Part shown: in pieces, positions 1-12,310 of the stretch | Layout of the letters: the number at the start of each line of letters is the position of its first letter | Numbering within the stretch: the stretch's first letter is position 1 | NCBI GenBank assembly: GCA_977016875.1 | Contig: CDRNST010000110.1 | Coordinates: forward strand, 1 to 64,000 | Source: Pavona decussata | Lineage: Eukaryota | Direction: 5' to 3' | DNA length: 64,000 nucleotides | The notes under the pieces: generated by a model | What the model was told of the DNA's origin: nothing | Database searches by the model: none | What the model saw: the letters and a program-made list of their open reading frames with translations, nothing else | Translations under genes and position numbers: made by a program

Positions 1-74
1 TTGTATGTACATTATTTACTGTAAATAAATCGATTGTCGAGAATGATGTATCGAACCTAAGACCTTCCTTTAAG

Positions 75-301
75 TGTGACGCCCTTTGTTGTGATCAGTC
101 CCTGGGTAATTAAATTAAAATTACTTTTGTTGCTGTCTTATGTTTTCATTGGTCCCCGGGTAATTACGTTGTCAGCTTTGGATTGGCTCCCTGTCAACCT
201 TTTGTTGTTGTCCTATATAAGTCCGATACCACCCGGATGGTTTGGGCGGATTCAATAAACTGAGTGCACAGTATGTTTTGTCTTTACTAACTTCATTCAC
301 A
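75..301 (+). mobile_element. Possible solo LTR
   Basis: TGTGA...TCACA termini, TATATAA at 214 and AATAAA at 254. No TSD, PBS or PPT seen. Confidence 0.3.
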
Positions 302-310
302 CATTTCATT

Positions 311-626
311 CACTCCATGATCGTACCTCATGAATTCACCCCAGCCAAGACCCCAATCACACCAATAAATTTACCCCACCCAACATTGATTCCCTCTCAT
401 AAATTTACACCATGATCTTACCCCATGAATTCACCCCAGCCAACACCCTTCTAATACCCGTTAATTTACCCCACCCAACATTGCTTCCCTCTCATAAATT
501 CACTCCATGATCCTACCCCATGAATTCACCCCACCCAACACCCCACTCACACTAATGAATTTATCCCATCCAACACGCCTCATACTCATTAATTGACCCA
601 TGTGTCATACCCATCCAATGAGTTTG
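311..626. repeat. C/A-rich minisatellite, ~95-bp period with shorter subunits, running into an assembly gap
   Basis: ccatgatc recurs at 315, 410 and 505, with repeated aatt(c/t)acccca subunits. Confidence 0.85.
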
Positions 627-757
627 NNNNNNNNNNNNNNNNNNNNNNNNNNNNNNNNNNNNNNNNNNNNNNNNNNNNNNNNNNNNNNNNNNNNNNNNNN
701 NNNNNNNNNNNNNNNNNNNNNNNNNNNNNNNNNNNNNNNNNNNNNNNNNNNNNNNNN
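627..757. other. Assembly gap (131 N)
   Basis: Run of n bases. Confidence 1.
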
Positions 758-1098
758 CAAATGTTCTAAGGCGCTTTACAAACCTTAAAATTAAATTAAA
801 ATTAAAACCAATTAAATTAACAAATTATATGGCACAAACAGAAAAAGCTCTATACCCATGTATTCGCCCCTATGCCACGAATTCGTCCCCCCCAAACATC
901 TCTTAAATTTGCCCACTAAAAAATCGCCATGTTTTTAGCAATGTACGTTCTCCAGTGGAACTTGTTCTTATAGACATTTCGTTTTAAAATGTGGACGGTT
1001 CCCTTGGTACTGAGAACTCCAACGTCCTCAATAACACCGATCGGGGGCCATTTTTCAAAAAAGAGGCATGAAAAAATCTCGTTGTTTATAACTGTTGT

Positions 1099-1212
1099 TA
1101 GACTGTTCGCAGTCCCCCTATTTTTCCGTGGGATTCTCGAGACCGGTATGCTTCGATGGAGCATACCAGTCGCGAGAACCCACGGAAAAATAGGGGGACT
1201 GTGAACAGTCTT
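1099..1212. mobile_element. Hairpin (fold-back) MITE with 9-bp TSD aactgttgt
   Basis: Near-perfect ~50-bp inverted arms (agactgttcgcagtcccccta... / ...tagggggactgtgaacagtct). TSD at 1090-1098 and 1213-1221. Confidence 0.85.
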
Positions 1213-1594
1213 AACTGTTGTCTTTCTAGATCTGACTCACGTCGTTTGTCAGTACAAATGATCTATGCTTTCCGGCGCCAAATATTTATAAGAGCCATAA
1301 ATAATAAAAAAGACAATCCTAAACAAAATTATTCGAGAAAAACAGAAACTGCCCGTGTATTTTCTATCTCTCTGGCGAAAACGCAGACAGATTCGTAGAA
1401 AGTTTTCCCTCCCCTCCCCTCCCTTACTCAATTATGTCTGCGGTGGTTGAACAACATTGACATGCAAGGATGGGGGTAAATTGTGGAACTTTTGGATGCA
1501 AGGTACCACACGTCAGTTTGGTTTAAATTGTGGACCTATGAATTTTACCCATCCTAAAGGCTCATCCATCAGTTGTTGTTTGTCGGGAGTTCCT

Positions 1595-1625
<31 letters not shown>

Positions 1626-1997
1626 TTTTTGTCTCCGGCTCAGTACATAAACTTAGAAAAGATAAACAAACAAAAACAAAACAAAAAACGTTGATTAACG
1701 TAAGGAAACTGCTATTAATACTTCTATGACATCTCTTTTTTTTTCACACCTTTTTTTTTGTTGACTAATGCCGCAACAGCTTTCAACAGGTTGTCGTATA
1801 TATGCTATGTCCTTCTATTATGAGATTGGCTCTTGGAGAATTTTTCCGTGTAATTGGCGAATGAACATTACCTTTTATCGGTAAGTTTTTAATTGTTTAA
1901 GTTTTTTGCCGTACTTATAATCATTTCGTTTAAGCGTTCGCTTTCAAAAAATTAAGTGCTACCTATGGTTACTCTTGACGCCGACGGCTTTGATCTA

Positions 1998-2282
1998 ATT
2001 TTATTTGATGTCAACAACGCGGGGACTGGACTGGAGTACTTGCGCAATCTCCCGAGCCAGAGGCTCATGATAAAGTACTTGACAATAACCCAGATCGAAT
2101 TGGAATTTGGAAATGTTGTTTTTTGAGGTGAGGGAAAAACCGGAGTACCTGGAGAAAAACCTCTCGGAGTAAGGACGAGAACCAACAACAAACTCAATCC
2201 ACATATGATGCTGAGTCTGGGAATCGAACCCGCGCACATTGGTGAGAGACGAGTAATCTCAACACTGCACCATCCTTGCTCC
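1998..2282 (-). mobile_element. tRNA-derived SINE with V-domain-like core
   Basis: On the minus strand: A box (tggtgcagtgttg), B box (ggttcgattccc), core tttctccaggtactccggtttt, and an aataaa-type 3' end. Confidence 0.8.
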
Positions 2283-2974
2283 TTGCTCTGTTATTTATGC
2301 AAGAATGATATGAAAGTGGGGTCTATCTACGATGTCGAGAATTCTGTTTTCCTTCAGTAAATTATCGTAGAAAAATTAAATGCATAGCCTTAATTGAAGA
2401 TCGAATGTTTAAGAAACACATTTTGAAAGAAAATTAATTATCGTGGTCTGCCTTTATTCTGGCTTATTCCGTGCCGAAATGCAAACTGTTTTTCTTTAGC
2501 AATGATGTTATGTTTCCAAAGATGCAATGAAAAGATAGTTTCGAATTATAATGAATGAAATTGTTAACCACAAGGATTAGTTTAATGCATGTTTTATGGG
2601 AGAAGGTCGCAGCTGTAAAAATAACTTCTTTCGAATAATTTGGATGGTGATGGCGTTTGCGCTCTCTTGAGGTCAAAGGGAAATTGTCAAGACAAGGGGT
2701 AAGTTAAAGCTTTTCAGTTCTGCTTCTAATTTTCCGCCATGAATATCGTGCGATACATTTTCAAGAGAACGAGGATCGACTTCGGGCAAAATCACACTTA
2801 GTAATTCAAAGATGTAGATTGAAAGAAGTGTTTTTATTTATGAAACTGGAAAGGTTTTTTTTGTGTTTTCGTCATTAAGAATCATGATCGCATCAGTAAA
2901 AAATTGGCATTTATCGAAACGAGGAAAGAAAGTTCTTTACCTCTTTCACGAAATAGTTGATGTGGTCGAAGTCG

Positions 2975-3530
2975 AACTGGAGCCTAAATGGCCCACACGG
3001 ACGGAGTTTTACTCGGTTTCCGTAGTCATTAAGCAACTAAGAGTATCCCTACTCCCCCCTGGATGGAATGTTAGTCCATCACAGGATGCCCAGCATGAAG
3101 TGACTAGGAATATTACTACTCCCTAATCTCGTACCCAGATCTCCCACGGTCAGGCGGAGGCCTTTTGGACATTCCCGAACCGACGACTGAGATCGGGGTA
3201 CGAGATTAACTACTCCCCCCTGGATGGGATGCTAGTCCATCACAGGATGCCCAGCAGGAAGTGATTGGGAGTATAACTACTTCTCCCTGGATGGGATGCT
3301 AGCCCATCACAGGATAACCAGCATGAAGCAACTTGGAGTATTACTACTCCCCCCTGGATGGGATGCTAGTCCATCGCAGGGTTACCCCCAGGGGTATGTC
3401 GCCGGTGCCCATTACACCTGGGTGAAGAGAGATAATGTGGAGCAAAGTTTCTTGTCTAACACAGCAATGAAAAGACCAAACCAGATTCAAACCACCGTAC
3501 CTCCGATCTTCCGACGGAAAGTCCGCGGCG
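2975..3530 (-). mobile_element. Degenerate tRNA-SINE (Meta-domain-like core) with internal 67-bp tandem expansion
   Basis: The minus strand carries cacccaggtgtaatgggcaccggc and cctgcgatggactagcatcccatccaggggg. ctggatgg recurs at 3059, 3220, 3287 and 3354. Boundaries are approximate. Confidence 0.7.
3124..3208. mobile_element. 85-bp MITE with 9-bp TSD actactccc, nested in the SINE tandem unit
   Basis: TIR taatctcgtaccc...gggtacgagatta. TSD at 3115-3123 and 3209-3217. The unit spacing of 161 equals 67+85+9. Confidence 0.9.
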
Positions 3531-3683
3531 ATTCCGGAAGGCCTCTAAACAGTGACCAATTATGCTGGAGAGACGTCGTCTAAACCTTGTCTTAAAACTG
3601 CGCTATAATTCTTCAACAAAATTTATCGTTTTGAGCACATTACCTTTAACGAGATACTACTTGCGCCCTGATTGGTTAAAAAA

Positions 3684-3942
3684 TATATAACACCCATCGA
3701 CATCAAAATCACCTTGAAGTATGCAGGATGTTTGTCGCATGAACCTAGTTTAATGGCCTTAGCTCCCAGGCGTCTCCTGTAGTTCAGTTGTAGAGCATCC
3801 GTACAAGTAATTGGAAGGTCTTAGGTTCGACTCCTGTAGGAAGAACTCAGATTTTATTTTTCCGAGTATGATTGTGTCACTTACTGAAAAAGTCATCTGT
3901 CATTTATTTACCAGGCTTAACACATAATATCACATTTCTTTC
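3684..3942 (+). mobile_element. ~260-bp repeat with internal tRNA-Thr(AGT)-like Pol III unit, monomer copy
   Basis: tRNA-like segment ~3772-3846 (tagttcagttgtagagc A box, ggttcgactcc B box) followed by a T-run. Homologous in reverse complement to 54532-54878. Confidence 0.8.
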
Positions 3943-6854
3943 AGAAAATATTTCTATTACTATAAATTTACCGGTGCTCCTTCCATGAAGTCATTCATTC
4001 TGGAAATTTACACAGGAAATGCGGAAATAGGGGGTACCAAAATTATCTTTTTCTGAAAATGACTGAAATTGGCAGAAAATTTATCTAGTGACCGTGAAGC
4101 ATTTCTTAAATATCGGAGTGTTATAATCTATTTTCTTTTTGCGCATGCTTGAAGTAGAATTGAGAACAGCCTTGGACCTAGCTATAAATAACAAAGGTTC
4201 TACTGTTTGTTGAACGCGACAAAATGAATAAATGAATTAATAATTCAACTGAGAGACGTTAGAATGTCTGTAGATCTAAATTGCGCGAGACAGGAGACGC
4301 AATAGGGGGCTTAAATTGTAAGGGACACGGAAGGAATTTTTGTTTTAATATAAAATTGTGGGTATTCATTTGAAACGTTTCGTGCCAAGCGAAAAATACT
4401 AAAATAATAACAATTCTATATTTTTTACTATCGTGCCACGCCCTCCGTTCATCAGGGTTGTAACGAGGGAGGAATTTGTATTGCTAGCAGCTGTTGCTTG
4501 TATACTTTACAAACGTTTTCTCTTTCCTTCTCGCACGAAAGCATATACCACGCAAACAGAGGAAGCGGAACCGCACTGAACAGTCCAAATACAACCGAAC
4601 CGGCATATTACAGGCTTTCAGACAAAGCTAACGAAGACGACAACCGGCCTTCCAATGCATTTTATTTCGTTGATTTCGATGCAATCGCGCTATCTTGGTT
4701 TTGTAATAAGTTTTTAGTTTTGTCTTGGAAAACGTTTGTCTTTTGCTCTTCCGTTTATTTTCTATTTTGGCTATGGCATAAGTTCCATTGACCAAGATTG
4801 ATTTTGTGGAGGAAAAAAAAAAGAAAAAAAGAAAAACAATACGTACAGCTTCTTAGTTTGGACAAATTCTCAGATTATTCCGAGTTGATTTTATTTGCCG
4901 AGGTTAAAGCCAGTCGAGAAGAATATCAAGTAACATAGAATTATTGTTATCATGTTCTCACGTTTTCTCTTTCATTGACGGTAATTAATTTTAATAACGA
5001 AAAGCCGAAAAAGAAGAGTTTTAATTAAAAAGAACAGATCTTCAACGAGGAGTAATCAACCAATGAGAACATTATCCTGACTCTATTTGATTACTATCTG
5101 CTTCCAAACACTAAATTTAATTGCCCACAGCGACCTAATGTAAAGTAACAATTCTATAAAAATTCAACCGAGTCCTTTTCTCAAAGTTGCGAGCTTGTAA
5201 TTGCATGGCAATTAGCTATAAAATGGCAGCATTTGAGCACGCGAGACTAAAAAAAGATCGCTGGCTTTGCAAAGCTGTAGTTCCATCTTATCTTAATCTT
5301 TTAATCTTTATTTCTCTGAGAAAGCACTTAAAACCTCAGATGATTATCCGTTGATGTAGGAAGCCGTAATCCGGCTCGTATCTCCCGTATTTGTAAACTA
5401 ATCCTTGACAAGTTTTAGTGTTGTTTTGTATATGATAATTATTCAGCAGTTGACGACATAATTTGACAACAAAAGTTCAATTATTCTCTCGCTCTTTCAG
5501 TAGCAACAACGCGTACTCGACATCGAGTACTAAAGTACTCGCAACTTTTTTCACACATAGCGCGCGGATTGTAAATTGTCTAAACAGCAAGTAATGTTTG
5601 AGGAAGTTATCGGCTTTTTTTAAAGAGATTTAGCACGGGACCTAAAAGACGAAAGGAATTGGTGTAAGTTATTTTTTCTTTTACGAGTAGGAAGGCAGGT
5701 GCATCACGTCTATCGCCACAGGGAGCCATTTTTTTTTTCGTATTTCATAAGATTGGGCTTCCAGTCCGCTGAAATTGTTTTGAAAATTGAATAACATTGA
5801 TCTTGCTACCTATAATCCCAGGTAAGATTTTTACTCAGTTGTCCTTTTACAATTTTTTTTTGTCAATACAAACACGAAATCAGGTCTTGTCACTAGAGCT
5901 TTTAAACCGGCGCAGATTTCAATTTTCTTCAGCGCTCAGTCCTTCAGAATTACGGATATAGGTCGATATAAGATCACCGTATTCTGACAAAAAGCTTAAA
6001 TGGTACTTTGTTTGAAACACAATTAAAAGTCAAACAACGCGTTGAAATCAGAAAAAGGCAACCGCGGAGCAAGTGTCTAAGTTTCCGTCAAATTCTATGT
6101 CTTCCTTCTACTGTACTTCATTATATTTACATATAAAAAAGAATATATAAAATGGCCCGGAGCATTTTGTAAATTTTGGTTTTAACATATTGTGCCGTAA
6201 AATAAGATGGATGGGAAACTCGTGACTAAAATCAATTTATTTGTTCCCTTGAGGAAATGTCATCACCTGCCATTGTTGAGGGGTAACTTTTAAGTAACTC
6301 AAACCTGCGGGCAAGTTTAAATAAGTATGACTCTTTTCTGAATTTGGCCTACAAAATAACACGTGTTTCGTGCACGCAATGTTTTGAGAGAAGTTATTTA
6401 AAGTCAGTCTTAGATTAAAATTTAGTTTCCGTGGTTCTCTAATTTTCTTATTTTCTTCCGTCAGATGCAAGCCATTTTCTCCAATTACAAAAGGACAAGC
6501 TAAGGTACGCTTTATTAATTTTTTCTGTGTTTATATGTGGTTTCACTACAAGGGCTCAATATGGCGGTTTTTTGATCCATTTCAAGTGGCAATTTCATTT
6601 TAAATATTTCAAATTGGTTGTTATCTAAATCTTTCTTGTTAATTGTGTGTCTACAACATGCCGAGTTTAATTTTAATCAAACCGAAGTCGTGATTTAATC
6701 AAGGGAGAAGGATTATTACCACTAAGTTGTTTTATTTGACATATTACGGATTTAGCTGATGTATAGAGGTAAGCCGATTTTTACTAAAACTTCCTATCAT
6801 TTTGTGTTGACGATAATTAACATCACATGAAGGGATGCGCCGATCAGTTAGACT

Positions 6855-7290
6855 ACAGCTTTCATTTCAGACATCAGAACCACCTTGTATAGCATAATAA
6901 ACAGTACCACAGGAAAGTACTGCTCAGTAGCTTTCATTTGAATGGTCACACTTTAGGATTTCATCCACAGACTAAAAAGTTAGAATCACCTTGTACAGCG
7001 TAATAAACAGCACCACAGGAAAGTTCTGCTCAGTAGCTTTCATTTGAATGGTCACACTTTAGGATTTCATGCACAGACTCAAAAGTTAAAAGCACCTTGT
7101 ACAGCATAATAAACAGCACCACAGGAAAGTACTGCTCAGTAGCTTTCATTTGAATGGTAACACTTTAGGATTTCATCCACAGACTCAAAAGTTAGAACCA
7201 CCTTGTACAGCATAATAAACAGCACCATAGGAAAGTACTGCTCAGTAGCTTTCATTTGAATGGCCATTCTTTTCATTCTAAAAGTTAGTT
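6855..7290 (-). repeat. Tandem array (~4 units) of a dispersed 106-bp repeat
   Basis: gaaagt(a/t)ctgctcagtagctttcatttgaatgg at 6913, 7019, 7125 and 7231. Strand label is arbitrary and marks orientation opposite to the 11.8-kb array. Confidence 0.92.
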
Positions 7291-7769
7291 TTACGTTGAC
7301 AACATAAATAGCACCGCAAGCTAAGGATTGACTTAATTAGAAAGCTTTAATTTTGTGCCGCTGAATTGTCATATAGATTCATAAGCTGATACCAATCCGA
7401 CCGTCAATTTTCTTAAACTCGATGATAACTTACGTTGTAAAAAGGAAGAGCGCTGAATTGAAGAATATACTCCTCTTAGCCCAATCGGCACATCTCCGAT
7501 TTATTACAACTGGAACAATCTTAATCCTTTAAGCCGTCAGTGATATCAACATCCAAATTCGCCTCTCTTTAACAGCGCCACATAGTAATAGTGGGGAGAA
7601 CTACCTTGAATAAAAATCACAAAACACTTTATCTTTGGTGATCATCTCATCTTTTCTCATAACCTGTATGTGTTATAAAGAAGTCATATGGTAAGGAGAG
7701 ATTGGAAGCTGATCATGAAATTAAGCCGGAAACAAAGTTGAAAATTGGAGCATCTCTCTTCTCTCGGCT

Positions 7770-8050
7770 ACTTCTCATTCGCTTGGGTAGTGACGACAAA
7801 CAGCCTTGACTCTGTTCTGCCATTCGTCCCGATCTTGTGCTAGTAACCTTAGCTCATTCTCTTGCATCTCTGTCAGAGGTCGTTTAGCAGGCCGGCCATG
7901 TATCTATGCTGATGAGAGCCTCTGCTTTCTCCACTTCCCACGGGGAAGTGTGTAGAATGCCGGTCGGGATATATATATTGGATCTTCAGGGATGTGCCCT
8001 CATTTATGTCACAATCACAGTACCAGTATTCTTTGATTAGTTAGTAATCA
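7770..8050 (-). mobile_element. Degenerate RTE-clade LINE 3' fragment
   Basis: Minus-strand translation TEMQENELRLLAQDRDEWQNRVKAVC carries the RTE C-terminal LAQDRxxW motif. Frameshifts and stops lie upstream. Confidence 0.65.
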
Positions 8051-8202
8051 GTTGAGCCGCTGATTTTTTCCCAATTAATAAGTATACTGCGAGAAGTCTC
8101 TTTCTGTTACTTATTTTCAGTAACGCGGATAATTTCTCCCCTTTCGCTCGCAACGGTAGAATCCGAGAAAAAAGGCGACTGCTAGCGTTTCAGCTGCTTG
8201 GA

Positions 8203-8470
8203 CTCCGGGCAGTAATCGCTCGGCGTGATTTTTGGTTGGGGTGTGCCGTCAGGGTCTTCAAATCCTGGCCTTATTTGAAACCAAAATATATAATTTTTTA
8301 ATGCTCATTTTCAGACATGGTCTGTGATCCATACTAGCCTTGTTTTCAGACTGTTAGACCAAAATAACTAAAAAAACACTGTAGCCATTTTCAGACCAAA
8401 CGCGTTCCTAATATACCCCTCAGGGGAGGCAAACACCCATATAGGTAATTCAACGAAGTTCACCTCCAGG
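8203..8470. mobile_element. Non-autonomous element with ttttcagacc subrepeats (uninterrupted copy)
   Basis: Colinear with the host element at 17717-18545 once the nested insertions there are removed. Confidence 0.55.
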
Positions 8471-11400
8471 CTTCGAATACACTTCAAGTTGCAGATAAGA
8501 ATCGAATTTGTACTCTGTTTGAATTTCGAAACATTCCTCTCTCAAAGCCTAAGTGTGTAAGTTGTCAGCGTTTGTGTGAGACTCGAAATGCATTCATCTC
8601 GGCTGAAATGTTATGTATAGTAAATTCTGAGCCCTACCGTGTAAACAAAATCCTTTAATTTTACTAATGAGAACTTCGGGTTGTATCATGATAGTTTTTC
8701 TTAATTTAAGGACTGTGGTTGGATCATGTTTCTATTGAGAAATAAGAAGCTAACCCATTTTGTTTCCGGCTGCTTCTTTATTGTAAAATACAAATAAGAA
8801 GGAAGGTAAACTGTTTTAGCAAGGCTGAGAATTAAACAGTAATAGCAATTGTCATATTGGTTTCCTGCTGGCAAATGAGCGAGATCTTAAACTCAATTCT
8901 CCCAAGTACACTACAGCGTGTATATACCAAATATAATATGATGAAAATTAGCATTAGGGTGGTGGCAAAACAAGTTGTACCGCGTGGATTTTTTTTTTTT
9001 ATAATGCGAACAGTATTCCGTTAAAAAACCGGTTGGCGGGTTTCTTTTGCATAGGTACGTAACGTTTCGATCGATGTAATCAATAACTGAAAAACTGGAA
9101 AAAATGCAGTAAATTAGTTTTAAAGTCCCACAAAAAACAAGAAATACGCTTTAGTTTGAAAGGTGAATGGCATTACAATCGAACAGACTACCAATCCGAT
9201 TCTTATCTCTATTTTACTGCCACTAAGATTTAAACCCTCGAATTGTTTTTCCCCATATCGTAAAAATCATAAGAAATTTGTAAAATGTAGGAAGCTTGCA
9301 AGCGTAGGTGTTAAATGGCCAAAAAACAAGGCACAGTATTAATTGATATCGTCTGATTTGCCCGCCGGCGTATGTAAATCGCTCAGGATGTTTTTCAGCT
9401 AAAAGCGCGTCAGTTTCTTTGTGATATTTCCAAACAAACAGGGAACTCTAAACAAGGAGGGCTTTTATGCGCTCGTGCATTTAATTGTTTAGCGTTATTT
9501 ATAGTTGAGCTCAATAAACATTTCTGTGATCAATTCTCAGTGCTTAAACCCAAGTAGATTACGACTCACCGGCGCGCCCGACAGTACAAGTTTGGCATCG
9601 CAAGAGAACACTCGACAAACCGCCAAAGAAAGACCTTAATATTAGCCTCTGCGGAATTAAAATGTATATAAACATATCCTGTTTGAGTCTTCAAGGTTAT
9701 AAACTGTAAATAAGAAGACGGTGGGTCAGGAAAAACACATTGCGAGGGGAAAAAGGAAAATGAAACTTAACTTAAGAGAAGAGTACTTCTATCTGACACG
9801 TTTCACGTTTCACGGGTGCTTAGCCGCGCGCGAACTTATTAGAGTTTTTAAAACTCCGACCTCTCCACGTAATTTTAGGATATTTAGAATTTGTTTCAAT
9901 AGCATCGTATATTTCGCAGACAACAGCAAAGGATGAAAATGACTCTCAAAGGAATAATCACATATATAGCGGTCATTATTTACAATGCGACAATGCCGAA
10001 ACGCGTTGCGTCGTTGCTCTATTGGGTCAAAAAACATTGGAACTGTCGTCTTCGCATCATTGAATGGATTTGGATTTGAATTAAGTCTGATTGTGCAATA
10101 TCATTCATTGTAACACACTCAGTGTATGATATTGCAGTTTTCAGTAAGCTCATTGGTTACTCACTCACTATACGACGCAATATTCCGTCACTACCTTATT
10201 TGGAAAGACGACATGCATGTATTCAAAACAAATACTGAGAAAAGTTGTAATTTCCATCTTTTTCTTCCGTATTTTCTTCTGGCTAAATAAAGTTATTGAC
10301 TATTTTTGTTGGATGAGTATACAATAAAAAATATATTCCACTCAATACAAGAGTCGATCAGCTGTGGAATAATTGTCAACATCAACATTACTTGTATTCA
10401 AACATGTTCTGTGATATATCTATAAAACGAGAAAAAGTTATTTATACAGAAAACGTTTACTTTTACAGAATCATGCTGTCGAGGAAACTGAACGCAAAGC
10501 GAATCAGTCAAGATACAAATTACTGTAAACATCGCAAAAAAAAGTAGACAAAACGAGAAAACTTTGACTCTTCTCAGGAATACGAGAGCTAGCGAAACAC
10601 GCGCGCGCGCGATCATGGCCTCCCTCATCGCGTCTCCTCGCGGGAATCGATTTCGGGCGTTCTCGCGCGTTGCGCTCGTTACAACTAATGCGAAAAATAA
10701 GCGACAACTTGTAGCCTACAAAGTGAGCACAAAACTTAGCAAAAACTAATCTGTATGATGAAGTAAGTATAGAGTTCTAAAAAGGGTGTTTTATTCCGCG
10801 CCCAGGAAAATAACATCTTTTGTCAAGTTATGATCTCATAGTCACAAGTTACCGTTTGTTGGCAATCCGGTAAAAACAACAACAACAAAAAAATGTTTTA
10901 AGCACATTTTTGGTGAATTAGTTGTTTTTTAGTTTGCGAGTGAGATGTAGTCTGTTAATAATCAAAGAGTTATAATGTTTCCATATAATTATCTTCCGTT
11001 ACTCACGAAAATTTGACTTACAATTTTGTAGGCCCGAAGCAACCGGATTGAATAAATTGCACTTTATATCATCTGTGAAACGGGATAGAATCCTTTACCA
11101 TCAACTACACGCAACAATCAGAATTAAAAAAAGAGTTTGAAATGAAATGAGTAAGCTCCAGGATGACATGATCACTTCGAACGAAAGAAATGTTTTCATG
11201 AAGTCAGAATTCATAGAGAAAAAAACTGCACCCGTTTGAAGGTCGAATATCAGCTTGTTTGAACAGGAGAACTACAGAATTGTTTACGTTCGACAAAGTT
11301 ATAAAATTGTGAGATCTGTTATGTATTTTTCCGAGCAAAAAATGAAAGTAGTTTTCTTTTGAATTTTGTAACCTTACAGCTACAGTTATCCAAAATCCAT

Positions 11401-11804
11401 TTGCACTGAGCAAAATCTCTAGTCAAAGAAATTTAAGGTGCTTGTGTTTATTTATGAATCGATCATGGATCACAAAAGTGTATTTGTGGTTTGTTGGGCT
11501 GGTATAATGACCATTATAATAACAATATTGAATCGAGTTTAATCTCATTGAACAATTGCAGCCTAAAGGTCGCCTTTCCAATTATCCTTCTTGGTGGTAT
11601 ATTGACCGCTAACGAGCAATTTCTTATTGTTGAGAATCAGGTGTTGTTTTTGATGCACGACTTCGCTTAAGCAAAGAAAAAAGCACTTGAAATCACTTAG
11701 ATTAAAGCACAAGTACATGTATAGTTGGGCTAAAAAAGCTATCATGTGTCAGGTCTTTGGAAATTAAACTTGAAAGTTTTGTTATGTTAATTGTTCACTG
11801 TGTC

Positions 11805-12310
11805 CGTGACATTCAAATGAAGGCTGGTGACTTTATTGTGGGGCTGTTTGTTGCTGCTGAGAGGTGGTTCTAATTCGCGAGCATGTGAATGAAATCCTAA
11901 AGTGTGACTATTCAAATGAAAGCTAGTGAGCAGAACTTTCCTGTGGTGCTGTTTATTACGCTGTACAAGGTGATTTTTACTTTTGAGTCTGTGGATGAAA
12001 TCCTAACGTGTGACCATTCAAATGAAAGCTACTGAGCAATACTTTCCTGTGGTGCCTTTTATTACGCTGTACAAGGTAGTTCTAACTTTTTAGTCGGTGG
12101 ATGAGATCCTAAATTGTGACCATTCAAATGAAAGCTACTGAGCAGTACTTTCCTGTGGTGCTGTTTATTATGCTGTACAAGGTAGTTCTTACTTTCAGTC
12201 TGTAGATAAAATCATAAAGATTGACCACGCAAATTAAAGCTAATGAACAATGCTTTCCTGTGGTGGTGTTAATTACGCTTTTCAGGAAGGTTCGAATGTT
12301 TGAGGCTGTC
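11805..12310 (+). repeat. Tandem array (~4-5 units) of the 106-bp repeat, opposite orientation
   Basis: attcaaatgaaagct at 11910, 12016 and 12122, with degenerate outer units. Confidence 0.92.

Noticed and set aside
1952-2239. Two overlapping minus-strand ORFs (95 and 78 aa)
   Set aside because: Both are translations of a SINE body.
6855-7290. CRISPR-like array
   Set aside because: The 106-bp units are homologous along their whole length with no unique spacers. The context is eukaryotic and there are no cas genes.
7905-7930. Hammerhead ribozyme core (ctgatgag)
   Set aside because: No stem II or GAAA follows. The segment is explained as the antisense strand of an RTE LINE fragment.
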